Below are positions 26,636 through 32,000 of a stretch of 32,000 nucleotides of DNA, in pieces. The stretch covers positions 720,001-752,000 of the forward strand of contig NZ_LT906458.1 of NCBI RefSeq assembly GCF_900187275.1, in the 5' to 3' direction. The notes beneath the pieces are model-generated. The model was not told the DNA's origin. It searched no databases and saw nothing but the letters and a program-made list of their open reading frames with translations. How positions within the stretch are numbered: position 1 is the stretch's first letter; each line of letters opens with the position of its first letter. The position numbers were made by a program, and so were the translations under genes. This DNA comes from Pasteurella multocida (lineage in GTDB: Bacteria > Pseudomonadota > Gammaproteobacteria > Enterobacterales > Pasteurellaceae).

Positions 26636-26712
26636 ATTTTACCCCAATAAAAAAATAACCTGATTATTCTAAAGTGAATTGACTGAATTAGAAATCACTT
26701 TTATTTGTTGTG

Positions 26713-28017
26713 CTACTCCACGTCGGACTTTAAAGTTGAAGAAAACAGTGCTAATCCCGTTGAATTACCTGTTTTGACCATCGCATTCATCACTTGTGTA
26801 GGTGAATGTAAAAGTTTATTTGTCAATTTATAACTCAGTGCTTGTAATACGGCTTCGCTATCTTCACCTTGACGTAACGCAAACAATGCCTTTTCTAATA
26901 GTATTTGACGAATATCTTCTGCATTTTCTCGGTAAGAACGGATTAAATTTGAAAATTGATGCACTTTTAACCACTCAAAGAAATCCACACATTCTTGTTG
27001 AATAATCACCCACGCTTGTGCCGACGCTTTCTCTCTTTCTGCCAGATTGCGTTGAATAATTGTCTGTAAATCATCTACTGTGTAATGATAAATACTGTCT
27101 AACTCACCGACACTTTCTTCAATATCACGTGGTACCGCAATGTCCACTAACAGCATTGGTAGGTCACAACGTACTTTTTGTGCAATCTTGACCATATCTT
27201 GAGTAATCAAGATTGTTGGACTTCCTGTTGAACTGATCACAATATCCGCTTGATTTAAGCCTTCTTGTAACTGTGTGAGTGCCAAGACTTGCACATTTTC
27301 TGCACCATCTAATTTAGTTACTAAATGTTGCGCTCGTTCAAAAGTACGGTTTGCAATCATAATTCGTTGCACACCATGGCGTAACAGATGTCGACACGTC
27401 AGTTCGATGGTCTCCCCTGCACCGACTAAAAGCACATTTAGTGTTTTGAGTGAATCAAAAATTTGGCGCGCTAAACTACATGCTCCATAGGCTACAGACA
27501 CAGCACTGCCACCAATATTCGTTTCGGTTCGAACTCGCTTTGCGACAGAAAACGTTTTTTGAAATAAACGGGAAAACTCACTGGAAAGAGGTTGATTTTG
27601 CCCTTGATAATACGTTTTACTCAACTGATAGGCGTCTTTCACTTGCCCTAAAATTTGCGGTTCTCCCAATACTAATGAATCCAATCCGCAGGCAACACGC
27701 ATTAAATGTAAAACCGCTTGTTGATTTTGTTGCGAATAAAGGCAGCCTGCTAACGCATCTAAAGATAACTGATGTATTTCTGCAAACCATTGCATACAAC
27801 GCGTCGACCAACTTTCTGCCTCTTGAGGCGGAATGGCTTTATGATGAAAATACACTTCAGTACGATTACAAGTGGATAAAATCACCGCACTTTCAGCCAA
27901 TGCTTGTTGCTGAATTTGCGCCAATGCCTCACCCCGTTTCTCAGCAGAAAACGCTACTTTCTCACGGATAGCGACAGAGGCTGTCTTGTGATTAATACCA
28001 ATAACTAGAATCGTCAT
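26713..28017 (-). CDS. hemA: Glutamyl-tRNA reductase
   Basis: [24 protein letters not shown]...[12 protein letters not shown] (catalytic Cys), NADPH motif [16 protein letters not shown], 434 aa. Confidence 0.93.
   Translation of the reverse strand: MTILVIGINHKTASVAIREKVAFSAEKRGEALAQIQQQALAESAVILSTCNRTEVYFHHKAIPPQEAESWSTRCMQWFAEIHQLSLDALAGCLYSQQNQQAVLHLMRVACGLDSLVLGEPQILGQVKDAYQLSKTYYQGQNQPLSSEFSRLFQKTFSVAKRVRTETNIGGSAVSVAYGACSLARQIFDSLKTLNVLLVGAGETIELTCRHLLRHGVQRIMIANRTFERAQHLVTKLDGAENVQVLALTQLQEGLNQADIVISSTGSPTILITQDMVKIAQKVRCDLPMLLVDIAVPRDIEESVGELDSIYHYTVDDLQTIIQRNLAEREKASAQAWVIIQQECVDFFEWLKVHQFSNLIRSYRENAEDIRQILLEKALFALRQGEDSEAVLQALSYKLTNKLLHSPTQVMNAMVKTGNSTGLALFSSTLKSDVE
27884..27892 (-). 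repeat. Uptake signal sequence core (Hin-type USS)
   Basis: ACCGCACTT on +; inside hemA. Confidence 0.85.
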
Positions 28018-28019
28018 AC

Positions 28020-28035
28020 ATTATTTTACATGAAC
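28020..28035 (-). repeat. Direct repeat copy 1 (ATTATTTTACATGAAC), abutting the hemA start
   Basis: It matches 28125-28139 except for one extra T in the T-run. On the minus strand it reads GTTCATGTAAAATAAT, followed by GT and the hemA ATG. Confidence 0.6.
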
Positions 28036-28124
28036 CGCGCTCAAACACGGCGCGTTGAACCCACAAAGAAAAGAAATAAAGCCCATTTTAATCAATTGTC
28101 CTGTCATGAGCAAACGGCAACGTG

Positions 28125-28139
28125 ATTATTTACATGAAC
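28125..28139 (-). repeat. Direct repeat copy 2 (ATTATTTACATGAAC), 17 nt past the gloB stop
   Basis: It lies 105 bp from copy 1 and shares the 11-mer TTTACATGAAC exactly. Confidence 0.6.
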
Positions 28140-28155
28140 TTCGCTTTTATTTCAA

Positions 28156-28857
28156 TTAAAACACGTCTTTTGCTTTACGCCATGCAACAAAGGTTTCTAT
28201 ATTTTGTGCGATCAAAAACGGATTAATCTGTTTTTCTCGTCCCATTGTCGTGGGTAAACTTGGCTGGTGTGCTACACGCTGTTTTTGTACCCATTGTTCA
28301 TGTTGTTGTATCGCTACATTTTCTGGCAATACATATTTGGCAAAGGCTAAATTGGCTAAAGTATATTCATGGGCAGGACACACAATTGTGTCATCAGGCA
28401 AGGATTTTAAGCGTTGTAAGCCATCAAACATATCTTGATAATTCCCGGTAAAGACACGTCCACAGCCCGCAGAAAATAAACTGTCGCCACAAAATAAATG
28501 CCCATCAACCAGATAGCTCACATGTTGTTCCGTATGTCCTGCGGTTTGTAATACTTGAATGTGGTAATGTTCGGTCTGCAAAATGCCCATATTAACAATT
28601 TCGGTCGCCCCTTTCGCTTGGGTTTCTGCTGGTCCAAAGACTTTCACGTTTGGAAAATGTTGTTTAAAAAGTGAGACACCCGCAGTGTGATCATCATGAT
28701 GATGAGTTAACAGCAAGGCTTCCACTTTAAGTTGATGCTGTTGAACATAATCGAGTAACGGGGTAAATTCTGGTATATCGATCACAATTATCGGTAAATT
28801 TGCTCGTCCATAGAGCCAAATGTAGTTATCATTTAGAGCAGGAATCGGTACTAGCAT
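28156..28857 (-). CDS. gloB: Hydroxyacylglutathione hydrolase (glyoxalase II)
   Basis: [11 protein letters not shown], metallo-beta-lactamase motif [27 protein letters not shown] and REKQINPFL are collinear with E. coli GloB. SD is GAGGA. Confidence 0.92.
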   Translation of the reverse strand: MLVPIPALNDNYIWLYGRANLPIIVIDIPEFTPLLDYVQQHQLKVEALLLTHHHDDHTAGVSLFKQHFPNVKVFGPAETQAKGATEIVNMGILQTEHYHIQVLQTAGHTEQHVSYLVDGHLFCGDSLFSAGCGRVFTGNYQDMFDGLQRLKSLPDDTIVCPAHEYTLANLAFAKYVLPENVAIQQHEQWVQKQRVAHQPSLPTTMGREKQINPFLIAQNIETFVAWRKAKDVF

Positions 28858-28879
28858 AAATTGTCCTCAAGGGGTTGTC

Positions 28880-29596
28880 ATGTGGTGGAACGCAAAATAT
28901 CCTAACGTCATGCACTTGCCGCACAGCTGGCAACAATTACAAAATGGCAGTTGTTATTGTAACGCACTTACCGACTATTTTTCGGCTTGGTATCCAAAAA
29001 TTTTAGGTCATCATGTTTTAAAACTTGGAGGATTAAGTGCTGAAATTCAAAGTGATTGTTTTTTGCATCATGCTATTTTACTTGCGCCCCATATCAGCCC
29101 ACCATTACAAAGCCTTGGCTTGCAAAAAAATACCAGTGTCATCCAAGCTAATTTGACTGAACTGCCTTTTATTGAACAATCAATTGATGCTTGTGTGTTG
29201 AGTAACACATTAAATTTCAGCCAAGACCCACACCAAATCTTACGTGAAGTTACGCGTGTTCTGCGTGAAGATGGCTATTTATTCTTGTCTCTTTTTAACC
29301 CCTTTAGTCCACTATTATTTAAACGCCATTTGCATGCTGTCCCTCATCCCCCATTGCCTGTTCGACACTATGTACCTTGGCGTATCTTAGATTGGCTAGC
29401 TTTACTTAATTTTGATATTTTAGATCAAAAACGCTTAGTCAGCTGGGATAAACATCGCTGCTTTCCACACTTAATTGCGATTGTGGCACGTAAACGGGTT
29501 TATCCATTAACCCTCAATCCACAAAAAGTGCACTTCAAAAAACACGAACTTCTCACCCCAGTTAGCGCATTCAAAACAAGACTACTACGTAAATAA
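28880..29596 (+). CDS. yafS: YafS-like class I SAM-dependent methyltransferase, substrate unknown
   Basis: ...HHVLKLGGLSAEIQ..., ...LPFIEQSIDACVLSNTLNFSQDPHQILREVTRVLREDGYLFLSLFNP..., ...LDWLALLNFDIL... and ...IVARKRVYPLTLNP are collinear with remembered E. coli YafS. It is divergent from gloB, as in E. coli. Confidence 0.75.
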   Translation: MWWNAKYPNVMHLPHSWQQLQNGSCYCNALTDYFSAWYPKILGHHVLKLGGLSAEIQSDCFLHHAILLAPHISPPLQSLGLQKNTSVIQANLTELPFIEQSIDACVLSNTLNFSQDPHQILREVTRVLREDGYLFLSLFNPFSPLLFKRHLHAVPHPPLPVRHYVPWRILDWLALLNFDILDQKRLVSWDKHRCFPHLIAIVARKRVYPLTLNPQKVHFKKHELLTPVSAFKTRLLRK

Positions 29597-29608
29597 GTGC
29601 AATTAAAC

Positions 29609-29637
29609 TTGCGACAAGCCATAAACTCCCCTATTAT
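29609..29637 (+). promoter_or_regulatory. Candidate sigma70 promoter of ycaO
   Basis: -35 TTGCGA (29609-29614), 17-bp spacer, -10 TATTAT (29632-29637), 36 nt upstream of ATG 29674. Confidence 0.45.
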
Positions 29638-29673
29638 GCCGAGCTTTAAAATCAGAAACATATCGAGATAAGC

Positions 29674-31434
29674 ATGTCTGAACAAACTTTTATTCTCGGC
29701 AAAGATGCCGCACTGGAAGACAGTATTCACAAATTTCAGCAAAAACTCACCGCACTTGGTTTCAATATTGAAGAAGCGTCTTGGCTCAATCCTGTACCGA
29801 ATGTATGGTCAGTACATATTCGTGATAAAGATTGCCCACAATGTTTTACTAATGGTAAAGGTGCGACGAAAAAAGCGGCGCTTGCCTCTGCATTAGGGGA
29901 ATATTTTGAACGCCTTTCCACCAACTATTTCTTCGCTGATTTTTATTTAGGACAGGATATCGCTAACAGTGATTTCGTGCATTATCCCAATGAAAAATGG
30001 TTTCCTATCGAAGATGAGAACTTATTGCCTAATGGGCTTTTAAATCAAGAATTGCTTGATTATTACGATCCACAACAAGAATTAACACCGCAATTATTAG
30101 TGGATTTGCAATCCAGTCATTACGATCGCGGCATTGTCGCCATGCCTTATGTACGTCAATCGGATCAAACAACAGTTTACATTCCACAAAGTATCATTGC
30201 TAACCTATACGTTTCCAATGGTATGTCTGCTGGAAACAGTAAATTTGAAGCACGAGTCCAAGGCTTATCGGAAGTTTTTGAACGCCATATTAAAAATAAA
30301 ATTATTGCTGAAGCAATCAGCCTGCCATTAATTCCTGCCGAAGTGATGGCTCGTTTCCCAACGATCCAAGCTGCTATTGCGAAATTAGAACAAGAAGGTT
30401 TCCCTATTTTAGCTTATGACGCGTCATTAGGCGGAAAATACCCCGTGATTTGTGTGATTTTACTCAATCCTAATAATGGTACCTGCTTTGCCTCTTTTGG
30501 TGCTCATCCTCGTTTTCAAGTAGCACTCGAAAGAACCGTTACCGAATTATTACAAGGGCGTAGCTTAAAAGATCTTGATGTGTTTACGCCACCTTCTTTC
30601 AATCATGAGGATGTAGCAGAACACGCCAATCTTGAAACACATTTTATTGATTCCAGTGGTCTTATTTCTTGGGATCTCTTTAAATCTGACGCAGATTATC
30701 CATTTGTTGACTGGGATTTTTCGGGGAGCACGGCTCAAGAATATGACAACTTGATGGCGATTTTCCAAGCAGAACAAAAAGAAGTTTATATCATGGATTA
30801 TAATCATTTAGATGTGTATGCCTGTCGAATTATTGTACCCGGCATGTCCGACATTTACCCTGTGGACGACTTAATTTATGCCAATAACAATATGGGCATG
30901 GATTGGCGAGAAATTTTGCTTGATTTACCGCACTTTCACCATGATCAACACACTTATCAAGAATTGTTAAGTGAGTTAGATGAACAAGGCATTGATGATG
31001 CGACTCGTGTGCGTGAATTTATTGGGATTGTCGCCCCCCCTAAATCGGGTTGGTCAACGTTGCGGATTGGTGAGTTAAAATCGATGTTGCATTTAGCCCT
31101 TGGTGAATTAGACGCTGCACTGGACTGGGCAAATTGGACATTAAATATGAACAGCTCTGTCTTCACTGCTGAGCGCGCTAACTATTATCGTTGCTTGATC
31201 AACAGTATTGAGCTATTCCTCGATAAATCTCGCCAACCTGAACAATACCGCATGGTATTTGAAAAAATGTACGGACAACGTGCAGTCGAAATAGCTTGGC
31301 AAGCCGTACAAGGCGGGAATCCGTTTTATGATCTCCTTGCTGATGATGAACATTTACACCAATTCCAAGCACACCAGAAACTGCTTCAGGCGTATGAAAA
31401 ATTACAAAAAGCCAAGCGTGAAAATTGGAAATAA
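29674..31434 (+). CDS. ycaO: Stand-alone YcaO-domain protein (E. coli YcaO orthologue)
   Basis: 586 aa, near-identical in long runs to E. coli YcaO: FILGKDAALEDSI, EEASWLNPVPNVWSVHIRDK, NGKGATKKAALASALGEYFERLSTNYFFADF, GMSAGN, ARVQGLSEVFER, ALERTVTELLQGR, ACRIIVPGMSDIYP. Confidence 0.93.
   Translation: MSEQTFILGKDAALEDSIHKFQQKLTALGFNIEEASWLNPVPNVWSVHIRDKDCPQCFTNGKGATKKAALASALGEYFERLSTNYFFADFYLGQDIANSDFVHYPNEKWFPIEDENLLPNGLLNQELLDYYDPQQELTPQLLVDLQSSHYDRGIVAMPYVRQSDQTTVYIPQSIIANLYVSNGMSAGNSKFEARVQGLSEVFERHIKNKIIAEAISLPLIPAEVMARFPTIQAAIAKLEQEGFPILAYDASLGGKYPVICVILLNPNNGTCFASFGAHPRFQVALERTVTELLQGRSLKDLDVFTPPSFNHEDVAEHANLETHFIDSSGLISWDLFKSDADYPFVDWDFSGSTAQEYDNLMAIFQAEQKEVYIMDYNHLDVYACRIIVPGMSDIYPVDDLIYANNNMGMDWREILLDLPHFHHDQHTYQELLSELDEQGIDDATRVREFIGIVAPPKSGWSTLRIGELKSMLHLALGELDAALDWANWTLNMNSSVFTAERANYYRCLINSIELFLDKSRQPEQYRMVFEKMYGQRAVEIAWQAVQGGNPFYDLLADDEHLHQFQAHQKLLQAYEKLQKAKRENWK
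29749..29757 (-). repeat. Uptake signal sequence core (Hin-type USS)
   Basis: ACCGCACTT on +; inside ycaO. Confidence 0.85.
30927..30935 (-). repeat. Uptake signal sequence core (Hin-type USS)
   Basis: ACCGCACTT on +; inside ycaO. Confidence 0.85.
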
Positions 31435-31444
31435 GATGAAAACG

Positions 31445-31471
31445 AAGGATGTCAGACCTGACATCCTTTTT
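31445..31471 (+). terminator. Rho-independent terminator after ycaO
   Basis: Stem AAGGATGTCAG (31445-31455) / CTGACATCCTT (31458-31468), with the innermost pairs presumably open to form the loop. A T-run extends to 31471. Confidence 0.8.
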
Positions 31472-31554
31472 CATTTGTGATCTAGTGCAAAGAAATCTTT
31501 TTCATTTCATGTTATTTTGATAACGATACTTTATCTGATAATAGGAGTTTTCTT

Positions 31555-31968
31555 ATGCAAAATTGGACAACTGAAATGTGGCAAGCAGCGGGTATTGGCT
31601 TAGTTATTGGGTTGATCCTAGGTTACTTATTCTTACGTCTTACTAAAGGTTCGGTGAAAAAACAACTTCAAACGGAAACTGAATTACAGAAAGTCAAAAA
31701 TCAATTAGATAACCAAAAACAACAGCTTGAAAAACACTTTTCAGAAAGTGCCGAACTTTTGAAAAACATTGCCCAAGATTATCAAAAGCTGTATAAGCAT
31801 TTAGCAACCTCCTCAACGACATTATTGCCAGAATTAACCAATAATCCGTTATTCTCATCACATTTAATTACGACTGAACATGTGGATAAACATGACCAGC
31901 AAAATAAAGATGAACAACCTAGAGATTATTCTGAAGGTTCATCTGGTTTACTAAAAAACGATAAATAG
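31555..31968 (+). CDS. yhcB: Inner-membrane-anchored YhcB (DUF1043) protein
   Basis: N-terminal TM segment (AAGIGLVIGLILGYLFL). ...HFSESAELLKNIAQDYQKLYKHLATSSTTLLPEL... and ...PRDYSEGSSGLL are collinear with E. coli YhcB. SD is AGGAG. Confidence 0.85.
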   Translation: MQNWTTEMWQAAGIGLVIGLILGYLFLRLTKGSVKKQLQTETELQKVKNQLDNQKQQLEKHFSESAELLKNIAQDYQKLYKHLATSSTTLLPELTNNPLFSSHLITTEHVDKHDQQNKDEQPRDYSEGSSGLLKNDK

Positions 31969-31979
31969 TCTATAAAATC

Positions 31980-32000
31980 TACCAAGTCGCCTACTTGGTA
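31980..32000 (+). terminator. Hairpin after yhcB, cut by the window edge
   Basis: Stem TACCAAGT (31980-31987) / ACTTGGTA (31993-32000) with loop CGCCT. The downstream T-run cannot be seen. Confidence 0.4.

Noticed and set aside
27450-27971. 173-aa plus-strand ORF
   Set aside because: It is entirely antisense to the well-supported hemA. It has no SD, an odd composition and no recognisable motif, so it is a shadow ORF.
28245-28451. Two overlapping plus-strand ORFs (68 and 62 aa)
   Set aside because: They are antisense shadows inside gloB.
29674-31434. YcaO as the nucleus of a RiPP (azoline or thioamide) biosynthetic cluster
   Set aside because: The protein is a full-length orthologue of stand-alone E. 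coli YcaO. There is no E1-like or TfuA partner, dehydrogenase, protease, transporter or precursor peptide ORF nearby. The flanks are a yafS-like gene and yhcB.

Overview
All coordinates, motifs and counts were read by hand from the sequence. All homology calls rest on remembered E. coli orthologue sequences, not on searches.

Organism: the window looks like core chromosome of a Pasteurellaceae bacterium, probably Pasteurella multocida or a close relative. GC is roughly 40% by eye. There are ten perfect copies of the Hin-type uptake signal sequence core AAGTGCGGT. Many products align collinearly with E. coli orthologues.

Gene content, left to right:
- 3' end of an alpha-2-macroglobulin-like gene
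- cysB, rluB, yciO
- a single-gene accessory insert encoding a NanH-like sialidase autotransporter
- aroF-tyrA operon with two TyrR boxes
- two tandem ferritin genes
- a candidate 33-codon membrane-protein ORF that is not on the track
- fnr (with an FNR box) and uspE
- cybC, sppA, ydjA
- a short minus-strand block: lipoprotein, InaA-like atypical kinase-fold gene, and a 44-codon glycine-zipper lipoprotein that is not on the track
- nagK, pgpB, ribA
- an orphan family-5 solute-binding lipoprotein
- ybaN and prlC (with a sigma32-type promoter)
- an NRAMP-fold transporter lacking the canonical metal-site motifs
- a tRNA Met-Leu-Gln operon
- nagC, hemA, gloB, a yafS-like methyltransferase, ycaO, yhcB

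Several track ORF starts were trimmed to SD-supported or alignment-supported starts: nanH, fnr, uspE, nagK, pgpB, ribA, ybaN and prlC.

I see no CRISPR array, IS element, transposase, integrase, prophage, toxin-antitoxin pair or recognisable defence gene. I do not see a convincing novel multi-gene system.

The best leads are modest:
1. The InaA-like pseudokinase-type gene, separated by one nucleotide from an unannotated mini-lipoprotein gene.
2. The divergent NRAMP-like transporter, whose first ATG lies inside a 20-bp perfect palindrome next to a block of about 22% GC.
3. The unannotated small membrane-protein ORF, which shares an FNR-box intergenic region with fnr.
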